Source: the human T2T-CHM13v2.0 reference genome, Homo sapiens. From it: DNA of 64,000 nt. Positions 41,859 to 54,437 of this stretch are shown here, piece by piece. The notes below the pieces were generated by a model, which was not told the origin of the DNA, made no database searches, and worked only from the letters and a program-made list of their open reading frames with translations. The stretch lies in assembly GCF_009914755.1 (NCBI RefSeq), contig NC_060930.1; one strand, 5' to 3'. Numbering within the stretch: position 1 is the first letter of the stretch; every line of letters starts with the position of its first letter. A program made the position numbers and the translations under genes.

Positions 41859-42105
41859 GAGAGAGTATTTTTCTTGAGATAAATTTACATTGTTATTTGA
41901 GCATCTCTGAATACTGGGCAGTGGGGAAGAAGGCAGAGCTATAAATATTCTCTGTGGTGAATATTGCACCTGTCATTTTCACATGAGACTGTGGATGCTG
42001 GACAGTAGAATTGACTCCATGTCTCCTTGGGACTGTGGAGCCATTTCTCTTTTCATTAATCATGGCAGACAAAACCAATAGTCAGCATGTTCTTCACTGC
42101 TACAC

Positions 42106-42292
42106 GTGATTGCCAAATTTGATAAATAAAAATACAAGGTACGTAGTTAAATTTGAAGAAACAACAAATAGGTTTTTAATTTTAGCATGTCCTGTGTAAT
42201 ACTTGGGACATAATATATACTTAAACAAGTATGTGTTGTTTATTTGAAATTCAAATTTGTCTGGGCATTTTGTATTTTATCTGGCAACCCTA
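42106..42292. mobile_element. MER53 palindromic hAT MITE
   Basis: ttgcca...aataaaaatacaag / tgtattttatctggcaacccta inverted ends; central gtcctgtgtaatacttgggaca. Confidence 0.85.
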
Positions 42293-43879
42293 CTGCTCAG
42301 CCCAGTCACAGCATTAAATTCTTCTCAACACAAGCATGCAGTCAGTATAAATCAACTGCTGTTGACATGTGAGTTGATGTCTCTTTGACATTTCACATTC
42401 CACAACGGAGCTTAACTGGTGGGGTCCAAATCTTACAAAACAGGCCTTGCTTATCTCCAGCTCTTGCTTGATTAGTTTTGGATGTTAGCCTGGGTCTGGC
42501 AGAATCTCCTCCCCTCCTTTCCAGGAGCACGGCTCTTGTACAGGAGGAGTGCTGTGAGTCACTCTAGAACTTTCATCAATCTGGGTTCATCTCACCACCT
42601 CTCCAATAAATTCTCCAAAGCTAGTACAAATTCGATAGTGCCTTTCCTACTTTCCAATGGCCATGCGGGTTTTTTCTTTCTTATTTTGAAGGAATTTGGG
42701 GAAAAAGAGTATTAGATGACTGTGTTGTAGTCATCTTCCCATCTTATCTGAAAAGTCAAGATAATTTTCTTGATCTGAAACAAAATAAATCCTTGCACGT
42801 GGTTAAATGTCCATGTTCCACCATGAACTTTAATACTCATATAAGCCCAACTGTGAAACTCATACATCGGTTCGTCAATATTTTTATGGCTGGGTTCTTC
42901 TTCTGGTTGTAACAACACAAAGATTTTAGAAAGGGCAATCCTGAAAGAAATTGCCCCCTGCTGTCTATTTTGAGTATGGGGCAATGTGCAGACACTGAGA
43001 TTTGCAAACAAGTATCATTAAATAGAACCCTGTAGAGAAACACAAATGGAACTTTGGAAATGTGATATTAAGATAATTTCTTATTTCAACATTCACTGAC
43101 ATCAAACTTCAAATAAGAATCCATTAAGAATAAAAATCAGATAATTTAGGTAGCACTTCAAAAACGATCATATATGGCCTCTTTCCTTCTCTTCCTTTAT
43201 CTTTTCCTCTCCATGGATGATATATGACAAAAAAGGAACATTCTGTAGCATTAAATCAGATTTCAAAGTCATTATTATGATTATATGCACATCAGTAGTA
43301 CTTGCCCTACTTTTGCTTAAATCATGGAGATTATGAGAAAAGCATTCCTTTGGGGAATTTAGTTTGTTTCCCAGCTTTTATAGATATTTCATTTGAGAAA
43401 AATTTGAACTCTATCTGGGTATTCAGGATTCATGCTTTCATCTGTAAATTTCAGTGACTACTAACACCACCTGGCCAAACCAATTATGAAGCTCTAAATA
43501 TGATCTGAAATTTCAAATTCAATTCATTTTCAGTTCAAAAAGTATGTTGTTAATGATGCCTTACTGTTCCTGCAGTAAGAAGGCTGCTTTTCTTTTTTTG
43601 TATAGAAAATAGCTTTGATTATTTTAAGTTTTATATGTGATACATATTAAAAGTATAAACTAAAATATATAAAATGGTATAAAGAAAATATTTTAAAAAT
43701 TACCTTTAATTACAACACTATGAGATAAATAGCCCCATTATGTTGATTTATTCTTTACTTCTGTTCCTGGATAGAAACATAAGTGGGAATATATTTTATG
43801 AGCACAAAGATACAATCAAAAGAATTGACTTTTTTTTAGGTGTAGTGAGCTTTAGCCCTTTATTTGAATTCCTTTTTCA

Positions 43880-44040
43880 TATTTAAAGCCACCTTATAAA
43901 GTATGTACTATCAATAAATTTCCTATTTAGAGATAAAAAAATTGAGGACAGAAAAGGTCAGATTGCCCAAACTCATATGACAGCAAGTGGAGAAGCCAGA
44001 ATTTGAAACAAGGCCGTTTGACTCCAGAGCTCATGATACA
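43880..44040 (-). mobile_element. MIR
   Basis: 'cctatttagagataaaaaaattgaggacagaaaagg...ttgcccaaactcatatgacagcaagtggagaagccagaatttgaaac'. Confidence 0.8.
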
Positions 44041-44495
44041 GTACATGAAGTTTAATGGACATGCATTTTATCACCTAATGATATACTATAGATACCTTGC
44101 CATATTGATATATATCAAAATACATACATCCTTTTTATGGCAACATAGTATTCCATTAGGTGGCCAAACCATAGTTTACATAAACAGTCTCTTTACTTCA
44201 CAATGGAATACATTTTTTTCGCCACTATAATATTACTTTGGAAAAAAAAAGAACCCTTGCAATTATCTTCGCTAATTTTTTTTACTACTTGTTTAGGATA
44301 AATTCCTAAAAGTAGGATTTGGTAGTTCAATTTAATTTTTTGGCACACATTGCCAAAATGCACTTCCTGAAGATTAAACCAACCTACTCTCCTACAAACA
44401 GCACATTAGAATAACTTTTCCACACTCGCTCCCTTTAGAAAGATAATTCTCAAAGTCTCACATTCCAAGACACTTTGAAAGCAAAAAATCTCTTT

Positions 44496-44555
44496 CCATA
44501 GTGAGTCATCACTGTAATTTGCATACCACAGTGAATCATCACTGTAATTTGCATA
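44496..44555. repeat. 30-bp tandem duplication containing AP-1 and octamer motifs
   Basis: ccatagtgagtcatcactgtaatttgcata / ccacagtgaatcatcactgtaatttgcata (28/30 identical). Confidence 0.95.
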
Positions 44556-44644
44556 TGGCCAAACTTCTTTAAAGACTGTGATACCCTGTCTAGGCACCAA
44601 TGCTTCTCCGTGAAACAGCTTCCCAGGGTCAATTTTCCCTGTGG

Positions 44645-44663
44645 TGGCCAGCAGGCGGTGCTC
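44645..44663 (+). promoter_or_regulatory. Candidate CTCF motif
   Basis: TGGCCAGCAGGCGGTGCTC versus consensus TGGCCACCAGGGGGCGCTA. Confidence 0.55.
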
Positions 44664-45482
44664 ACACACAGATTAGAAAGACCTCTGTGGTCACTGATTC
44701 TCTAACGCAAAAAACTTCATTCACATCACCTCAAACCCTTGGACAACACTACGTGGCCTGTGAAAACCACCTGATTGCTCGAACCTTACATTATGGTTTA
44801 GTCAATACTCTCTGAAATTCAGGTTCTTATTCTTATACCAATATCTTAGGAAGAGTCATGTGAGCAATGTCCAAATATTCTTGACTATGAGTGAGGTCCA
44901 TGTATACACACTACCAGTAGCTCCCTAAGACCCAGGCAGGTAAGCTTTTAAGTATCCAATCTTAAACATGTATCATAACCTTAACCACCAACTCCATATC
45001 TATACTCCTTGCCTATAAGAAGTGGCATATGCCAAAACACCACCTCATGCGCTCTCTTTTCTGTATTTTACTTTCCTTCAACTATTACGTATTTCTTATT
45101 TTAAGGTAGATTATATATGTTATTTGTTGCAAGGCTGAGGCAGGTAAAAGTTTCTCCATGTTTTCCTTTCTAGTAGAGTCCAGTCTATTTTTCTTTTATG
45201 GTTTCATATATATGGAATAATCATACTGCCTTGTGCTTAATACAGAAAATTTTCAAATTCCTGTATAGTTTGGTTGCTAACATCTTGAAAAGCAGAATTC
45301 AAATTAAAAATTGACTACACAAAAATAGAAATTTTTGGTATTTTAATTGTTAAATTTGGTCTGAACAACCAAAATACCAGGAAAAAAAATCTGAGAAAAA
45401 TATTTAAAACCAATATGACCCACAAACAGTGATGTCCTTAAGAGATAAGGAAGCACATATATCTATTAAAAATAAAATACTG

Positions 45483-45640
45483 GGTCAGGCATGGTGGCTC
45501 ATACCTGTAATCCCAGCACTTTGGGAGGCACAAATGGGAGGATCTCTTGAATCCAGAAGGTCAAGGCTACAGTGAACTGTGATTGTGCCACTGCACTCCA
45601 CCTTGGGTGACAGAGCCAGACTCTGTCTCAAAATTAATAA
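45483..45640 (+). mobile_element. Monomeric Alu (FRAM, or arm-recombined AluJ)
   Basis: Left-arm start fused to right-arm end, about 150 bp. Confidence 0.88.
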
Positions 45641-45904
45641 AATTATGACAGAAAAAAAATGGACGTGGTGCCTGAACAGAATTTATAGAAACATAAGTAA
45701 CTATAAACGTATTTTAAGAAAAAATGTAATCTAATTACTTATAGAAAAAAATGCAAATTAAAATGACCTTTGTTCAAATGAGAAAAGACTAATTCAGTAA
45801 TTAGCAATTATGCTTAGGATATGGCAAAGATCAAAGTCGTGCTTTACATATGGTTAGTAGAAATAGATCATCATTCTAGGAAAAAATTTTACAAAGCATA
45901 GCAA

Positions 45905-46100
45905 GGAGACAGGGAGGGGAACATCACACACCAGGGCCTGTCGGGGGGTGGGGGGCTAGGGGAGGGATAGCATTATGAGAAATACCTGATGTAAATGACG
46001 GGTTGATGGGTGCAGCAAACCACCATGGCACGTGTATACCTATGTAACAAACCTGCATGTACTGCACATGTACCCCAGAACTTAAAGTATAATAAAAAAA
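45905..46100 (+). mobile_element. L1PA7-type 3' end
   Basis: G-rich tract, 'gggttgatgggtgcagcaaaccaccatggcacgtgtatacc', 'cttaaagtataataaaaaaa'. Confidence 0.92.
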
Positions 46101-47686
46101 TGTAATACCCTTTGACTAGTAATATGGCTCTGGAAATTACTGGAAGCTTAGTCAAAGAATATATACGAAAAGTTTATTCTGGCATTCTTTATTCTAACAA
46201 TAAATTATATGCCCCCAAATATCCAATAATGCCACATAAACTTTAATGTTCATATATATCAGAAGGAAAAGGAAATGAAAATATATCATATCTTCTGTAT
46301 TTGTTTTCTCTGGGTATTGGGTCACAGTTTTTGTTTTTAATTTTACATTTTGTTTCTCATACTTTGTAAAAAAGATTGTATTACTTTTACAATCAGAAAA
46401 AAACATTTCAAAAATCAACTTGAGTCATAATTATCGTACAACAAAATGTATACAATCTAAGTGTAGAATTTAGTGACTTTTGACAAACGATATCCTGATG
46501 TAACAATCGTGTGACACCCATCACAATCGAGATATAGAATATTTGCAGTCAAATTTCATCACTTCAAACCCCATCAACACATGGGCAATATTCTGTCACT
46601 ATAGACCAGTTTAGATTTTCCTAAAATTTAATGTAAATGAAATTATACAATATATAATCTTTTTTGCTTATCTTCTTTCCCTCAGCATAATGTTTTTGAG
46701 ATTTAAACAGGATGATGCATAGGTTAATAGTTTGTTCCTTTTTATTGTTGAGAAGTGTTGATTTTAACATAAGTAACAATTTGTTTATCTAATCAACTGA
46801 TGATGGACATTTGGGTTGTTTCCTGTTTAGAGTAATTACAAATAAAGCTTCTAATTACATTCGTGTAAAATTCTTCCTGTAAACTTATGCTTTAGTTTGT
46901 CTTAGGTACATACAGTGGAGTAAAATTTCTGGCTAGCACTGTAAAACAATATTTAAATTTATAACAAAACATCAAATTCTGTTCCAATGTAATTATACCA
47001 ATTTACCTTCCCAAAAGCAATGCATGAAAGTTTCAGATGTTCCAGATTCTCACCAACACTTGGTATTGTCAGCCTTTTTAATTTTAGCTATCCTGGTGGT
47101 GAGGAATGGGATCTCTTAGTTTTTATTTCCCTGGTGACTAATGATGTTGAGCTACTTTCATGTGCTTATTGACCATCTGTATACACTTTTTTTGGCGAAG
47201 AATCTGCTAAAATCTTTTCCCTATTTGTACCTGGTATGTTCAAAAACTTTTTATTGAGTTGTAAGAGTACATTGTAAGTTCTAAAGTCCTTTGTCAGATA
47301 TATGTATTGTGAATTTTTTCCTAGCATATGACTTGACTTCTCATTTTTCTTAACAGTTTCTTTTGAAGAGCATTTTTGAATTTTAATGTCATGTAATTTA
47401 TTAATTTTTTCTTTTATAGTTTATGTTTTTGGTATCATATTTAAGAAATATCTTCTTCCTACAAGGGAAGAAGATATACTTCTATGCTTTCTGTTTAAAG
47501 TACCATACTTTCAGCTTTTATGTTTATGTGAATGTCTGTTTCTGTTCATTTTTATATATATATTGTGAGGTGATTTGAAGATTCAATTTTTTATGTGGAT
47601 ATCTAACTGTTCTGGTGCCATTTGTTGAAAAGACAAGTTTTTCACCAGTTAATTATCCTGAAATGTTTGTTAAAAGTCAACCACCT

Positions 47687-47982
47687 GGCTGGGTGCAGTG
47701 GCTCATGCCTGTAATCCCAGCATTTTGGGAGGCCAAGGGGGGTGGATCATGAGGTCAGGAGATCGAGACCATTCTGGCCAACGTGGTGAAACTCTGTCTC
47801 TACTAAAAAAAAAATACAAAAATTAGCTGGGCATGGTGGTGCATGCCTGTAATCCCAACTACTTGGGAGGCTGAGGCAGGAGAATGGCATGAACCCAGGA
47901 GTCAGAGGTTGCAGTGAGCCGAGACTGCGCCACTGCACTCCAGCCTGGCGACAGAGCGAGACTCCATTAAAAAAAAAAAAAA
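47687..47982 (+). mobile_element. AluSc-like
   Basis: 'cagcctggcgacag'; TSD aaaa(g)tcaaccacct. Confidence 0.93.
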
Positions 47983-48015
47983 TCAACCACCTGTAAATGT
48001 AACAGTCCACTTCTT

Positions 48016-48739
48016 TTTTTTCTTTCTTTCTTTTTTTGTATTTCTACATTGCATTGAACAAGAGCTTTTCATTTTTTTAAATTTTACTTCAAGTTCTGGG
48101 GCACATGTGCAGAATGTGCCAGTTTGTTACATAGGTATACATATGCCACGGTGGTTTGCTGCACCCATCAACCTGTCATTTACATTAGGTATTTCTCCTA
48201 TTGCTATCCCATCCCCCACCCCCCACCCCCTGACAAGCCCTGGTGTGTGATGTTCCCCTACCTGTGTCCATGTGTTCTCATTGTTCAACTCCCACTTATG
48301 AGTAAGAACATGCCATTTTTGGTTTTCTGTTCTTGTGTTAGTTTGCTGAGAATGATGGTTTCCAGCTTCATCCATGTCCCTGCAAAGGACATGAACTCAT
48401 CCTTTTTCATGGCTGCATAGTATTCTGTGATGTTTACATGCCACATTTTCTTTATCCAATCTATGATTGATGGGCATTTGGGTTGGTTCCAAGTCTTTGC
48501 TATTGTGAACAGCGCTGCAATAAACATACGTATGCATGTGTCTTTATAGTAGAATGATTTATAATCCTTTGGGTATATACCCAGTAATGGGATTGCTGGG
48601 TGAAATGGTATTTTTAGTTCTAGATCCTTGAGGAATCACCACATTGTTTTCCACAGTTGTTGAACTAATTTACACTCCCACCAACAGTGTAAAAGCATTT
48701 CTATTTCTCCATATACTCTACAACATCTGTTGTTTCCTG
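48016..48739 (-). mobile_element. 5'-truncated L1PA7-type insertion with extra 3' segment
   Basis: Perfect TSD aacagtccacttctt at 48001-48015 and 48740-48754; L1 body 48072-48739. Confidence 0.95.
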
Positions 48740-49061
48740 AACAGTCCACTTCTTGATCAGCTATTTTTTGTATTGACCTATATATCTATCCTTACAGCAG
48801 GAATCATCAACTCTAATGAACTTCAAATTTTGGCTGTCTGTCACATTGGAAAAGTGAACAGATTACTTGCTACAGATGACACTATTAGAATCAAGCGGAG
48901 AATATTACTGGGGGAAAGGGACAGATTGTTGTAATGCACGTTCATCTATTGACTGTATTTATGGAATAGTCCTCTCTTTACAGCAGTGAGCTCCCATCAC
49001 TGGAAGTGTTCAAGCCAATGTCAGATCATCATTTAGCAATAATGTTCTGTAAAAGAGTCCT

Positions 49062-51045
49062 TGTCTCTGTTTGCAGATGACATGTCTCTGTTTGCAGATG
49101 ACATGATTGTATATTTAGAAAACCCTGTCATCTCAGCCCAAAATCTCCATAAGCTGATAAGCAACTTCAGCAAAGTCTCAGGATACAAAATCAGTGTGCA
49201 AAAATCACAAGTATTCCTATACACCAGTAATAGACAAACAGAGAGCCAAATCATGAGTGAACTCCCATTCACAATTGCTACAGAGAGAATAAAATAAACT
49301 TGGGAATGTAACTTACAAGGGATGTGAAGGACCTCTTCACGGAGAACTACAAACCACTGCTCAATGAAATAAAAGAGGACACAAACAAATGAAAGAACAT
49401 TCCATGCTCATGGATAGGAAGAATCAATATCATGAAAATGACCATACTGCCCAAAGTAATTTATAGATTCAATGCTATGCCCATCAAGCTACCATTGACT
49501 CTCTTCACAGAATTACAAAAAAACTACTTTAAATTTCATATGGAACCAAAAAAGAGCCCATATAGCCAAGACAATCCTAAGCAAAAAGAACAAAGCTGGA
49601 GGCATCACACTACCTGACTTCAAACTATACCACAAGGCTACAGTAACCAAAACAGCATGGTACTGGTATCATAACAGATATATAGACCAATGGAACAGAA
49701 CAGAGACCTCAGAAATAATGCCACACATCTACAACCATCTGATCTTTGAGAAACCTGACAAAAACAAGCAATGGGGAAAGGATTCCCTATTTAATAAATT
49801 GTGTTGGGAACACTAGCTATCCATATGCAGAAAACTGAAACTGGATGCCTTCCTTACACCTTATACAAAAATTAACCCGAGATGGATTAAAGACTTAAAT
49901 GTCAAACCCCAAACCATAAAAACCCTAGAAGAAAACCTAGGCAATACCATTCAGGACACAGGCATGGGCAAAGACTTCATGACTGAAACACCAAAAGCAA
50001 TGGCAACAAAAGCCAAAACTGACAAATGGGATCAAATTAAACTAAAGAGCTTCTGCACAGCAAAAGAAACTGTCATCAGAGTGAATAGGCAACCTATAGA
50101 ATGGGAGAAAATTTTTGCAATCTATCCATCTGACAAAGGGCTAATACCCAGAATCTACAAGGAACTTAAACAAATCTGCAAGTAAAAAACAACCCCATCA
50201 AAAAGCGGGCAAAGGATATGAACAGACACTTCTCAAAAGAAGACATTTTTGCAGCCAAAAAACATATGAAAACATGCTCATCATCACTGGTCATTAGACA
50301 AATGCAAATCAAAGCCACAATGAGATACCATCTCATGCCAGTTAGAATGGTGATCATTAAAAAGTCAGGAAACAACAGATGCTGGAGAGGATGTAGAGAA
50401 ATAGGAATGCTTTTACACTGTTAGAGGGAGTGTAAATTAGTTCAACAATTGTGGAAGACAGTGTGGCAATTCCTCAAGGATCTAGCACCAGAAATACCAT
50501 TTGACCCAGCAATCCCATTACTGGGTATATACTCAAAGGATTATAAATCATTCTACTATAAACACACATGCACACGTATGTTTACTGCAGCGCTGTTCAC
50601 AATAGCAAAGACTTGGAACCAACCCAAATGCCCATCAATGATAGACTGGATAAAGAAAATGTGGCGTATAAACACCATGGAATACTATGCAGCCATAAAA
50701 AAGGATGAGTTCATGTCCTTTGCAGGGACATGGATGAAGCTGGAAACCATCATTCTCAGCAAACTAACATAGGAACAGAAAACCAAATACTGCATGTTCT
50801 CACTCATAAGTGGGAGTTGAACAGAGAGAATACATGGACACAGGGAGGGAAACATCACACATCGGGGCCTGTTGGGCAGTAGGGGGCTAGGGGAGGGACA
50901 ACATTAGGAGAAATATCTAATGTAGATGACAAGTTGATGGGCACAGCAAACCACCATGGTACATGCATACCTATGTAACAAACCTGCATGTTCTGCACAT
51001 GTATCCCAGAACTTAAAGTATAACAGTAATAATAATAATAATAAT
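49062..51045 (+). mobile_element. 5'-truncated L1PA7-type element, about 2 kb, disrupted ORF2
   Basis: ORF2 remnants in the ORF track (49061-50772); (AAT)n tail. TSD aaaagagtcct / aaaagattcct; splits an L3/MIR3-like fragment. Confidence 0.96.
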
Positions 51046-51789
51046 AAAAGATTCCTGCAATGGCTCATTTGTCTAGAGGGGCTGCAAAATCCCTTCTAGC
51101 TCTGCAAGTTCGTGATTCGGTGGAAAGCTTGCAAGAACTTAGTAGAACACTTGAAAACTTCCATCACAAAAAAAATTCACAGCTTCTCAAGCCAAAATAG
51201 CCTATGAATAGATCATGAATTTAAATACCAAAATAAAAGGAGAATCAAAGTTTACTTTTTTTTGTCATCTCTGCTAGTGAAAAAAACAATCTTCCAACTC
51301 CAGAGGCACTAAGTGCCTCGCTGCAGAATAATACAAAGAAAGAGATAAAATAGCTTGAAGAAAAGAGGTACATTTTTTTCCCCTGCAAACAGAATTAACT
51401 AGGTCCCACAGGTCCAAGGCTGGAGGGAAATTAGGCCATGATATAGGAAATCAGACTATAAATAGAAACTTTAAAATACAGAAAAACTATAGCATCACTG
51501 TATTTATTACTTTGTAGCATGATGCATGTTAATTAGCACCAAATGCATCCATTGCACACAAGCTCTTCACAGTGAAACTCCTCTTTTATCATGTCTTCTC
51601 ACTGTATTTTGAAATCATATATCAATGCAACACAAAATATTAAATAATAATTTATTATACCATTTTGTATGCATCAAGGACCTTTATAAGTGATGGTCAG
51701 AGCTTCTGATTGGCTTGAGAGGTGAAATTGACAGAATTCCTCCTAGCTCATGTCTTAGTTCATAACTAAGAACAATACAATTAATTGCA

Positions 51790-52655
51790 CTATGACCCCA
51801 ATTCTTTACCTCTCCTTGAACCCACACACTTTGTCAAGTGACTTTGGACCTCCTCCTGTAAAGACAGAGTATTTCTCCATTCCATGTGCCTGGCTTTGAC
51901 CTCTGGAATAAGTGGACATGGCAGTGGGCTAGTTCTATGCCTGGTACTGCAGGGGCTTTGCAAGTGTTTGCTTGCTGCCTCTTGTATCCCTGCCATCAAC
52001 ATAAGAACATGCCCACTGATACGGTTTGGCTCTGTGTCCACACTCAAATTTCATGTTGAATTGTGATCCCTAGTGTTGGAGTTGGGGCCTGGTCGGAGGT
52101 GATTGGATCATGGGGGTAGTTTCTGATGGTTTAGCAGCTTCCCCCAAGTGCTGTCTCCTAATAGAGTTCTCAGGAGATCTGGTTTTTTGAAAGTGTGTAG
52201 CACCTCCCTCGTAGCTTTCTCTCTTTCTCCAGCTCCTGCCACGTAAAATGTCCTTGTTTCCCTTTTGCCTTCCACCATGATTGTAAGTTTTCTGAGGCCT
52301 CCCCAACCATGCTACCAATACAGAGTATGGAACTGCCAGTCAATTAAACCTCTTATCTTTATAAATTACCCAGCCTCAGGCAGTTCTTTATAGCAATACA
52401 ATAATGGACTAATACATCCATGCTAGTCCTCTGGAAGATAAGAGACCTATCCACCACACCTGAGTTGCCCGTTATCTCAGTCACGGCAAGCCTAGACCAG
52501 CCAACTCCCAATGCATGAGTGAGCTCGGACAAGATGAGCAAGACTCCTGGTTAACCTAAGGCTGACTCCATAGGGTAAACACATCTCTATGAAATAACAG
52601 AGCTAGACGGTTGTTTGTTTGTGATATGGCTGTTTGCCAATAAGTAACTGGTACA
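51790..52655 (+). mobile_element. MLT1H-like LTR, interrupted by MSTA
   Basis: 'ccccaattctttacctctcc...acactttgtcaagtgactttg', 'cctagaccagcca', ends 'aactggtaca'. Confidence 0.75.
52017..52416 (+). mobile_element. MSTA-like MaLR solo LTR
   Basis: tgatacggtttggctctgtgtcc...atggactaataca termini. Confidence 0.92.
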
Positions 52656-54080
52656 ATTTTCTTGTGAGCTTTCCTGCAGATGATGTAATATACCCATCAC
52701 ACTTTTAAACACATTGAAAATACTCCCTGAACTTCTTTTGTTTCCTTGCATGTCATTAGAACCTTGGGCACCCTAGCTTGCAGACAGACTTCTTCTGTAA
52801 GTGTGATCACAACCATTGTTACAAATAGACTGCACAGTCTGTCAGGTGTGAGTCTCTAAAACACAAAGCAGACATGGCTACCTTCAAATGCTGTCAGACT
52901 TATTTTTAGAGTCTCCAAAATCAATTTCTAAGTGAAATCCATTCATCCAATAAACTTGGATTCATTAATATGTGTGTAGGTATGTGTGTATATGCCCTTG
53001 AAATACTTTTAAAAGGATAATACACTAGTCTGCAAAGAAAATGAATCGATAAATTTTAAGAAATTAAATTATACATGCTGTTTTCTCCTATCTTATACAT
53101 TAACACCAGAAATGTATAAAAAGGTTAAACCAAAAGCATCAAATTACTTTAAAACTCCCTTTTAAAATATTTTTATGTCAAACAGAAAATAATTCTCAAA
53201 AACTCTTAGTGAGCTAGGCTTACCACTGTATTTCATAAACGAAGAGCTTTTAGCCTGAAAGCAGAAGCCACATCATACTTCATGAGGAAATACTTGTTCT
53301 GTCACACTTAGATCAGAAATAGATAAGCAAAATGTATAATGATAGCAGCATTATTTATCAATAGTCTAGAAGTGAGAAATCATATGATAAAACAAACAAA
53401 AGAAGAAAGACATCAGAAAAAATACGTTTATCACTATTTGAAAGTAATACAATTTTCAATGTAACATATTCAAGAATATCAATAAAATTATTCAAAGTTT
53501 TTAAAAGTTATATAAGGTAGCTGATTAAAGCACAGACGAAAATCAGTTGACATCAGACATCCAGCACAACATTTCAATATATATAATTAGGAATTGATTG
53601 AAATCATCTGGAAAAAATACACCTTTACCCAACCAACACTTTGGTATTCAAAATACGAAGAAATGATATTTAGTAGATAAATTTGTAAGGACTTGAATAT
53701 AAGGCAATGCCCTTTTTATTGGGTGATAATTTGGGAGAATTGCTATTTAATATTTGGAGATATATAATATATATAAAATTATACATGTAATACATATAAT
53801 AAAAACATATATTTATTTTATATATTTATATATACCAGCTTGTAGATATTTATACAACTTCAAACAACCATATTCTTATACATGTAATAGGAAAAATAGT
53901 CTGTTTTTCAGAACAAATAATAAATGACTGTCAGATGGACAGACGGATGAATATAGATGTGAATATAGATTTTTTTAACAACTAAAATTAATTTTTATAA
54001 TAAGGAAACACTGTTGAGAGAATGTTAAAAATAGGTGTGGAGAAAACCTTGGGATAAATTAAGACTTGCTTGAAGGCTAG

Positions 54081-54437
<357 letters not shown>

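Larger units (their letters stand above)
46410..48800 (-). mobile_element. Old L1M (MC-ME type) 3' region, interrupted by AluSc and L1PA7
   Basis: 'ctgatgatggacatttgggttgtttcc', 'caccaacacttggtattgtcag', 'tttccctggtgactaatgatgttgagc'. Confidence 0.85.

Noticed and set aside
48016-51045. Opposed L1 pieces as one twin-primed insertion
   Set aside because: Each has its own TSD and 3' tail, and both contain the same 3' region
51303-51319. Perfect 8-bp inverted repeat gaggcact-a-agtgcctc (similar small hairpin at ~29765-29788)
   Set aside because: Expected by chance in 64 kb; no supporting context
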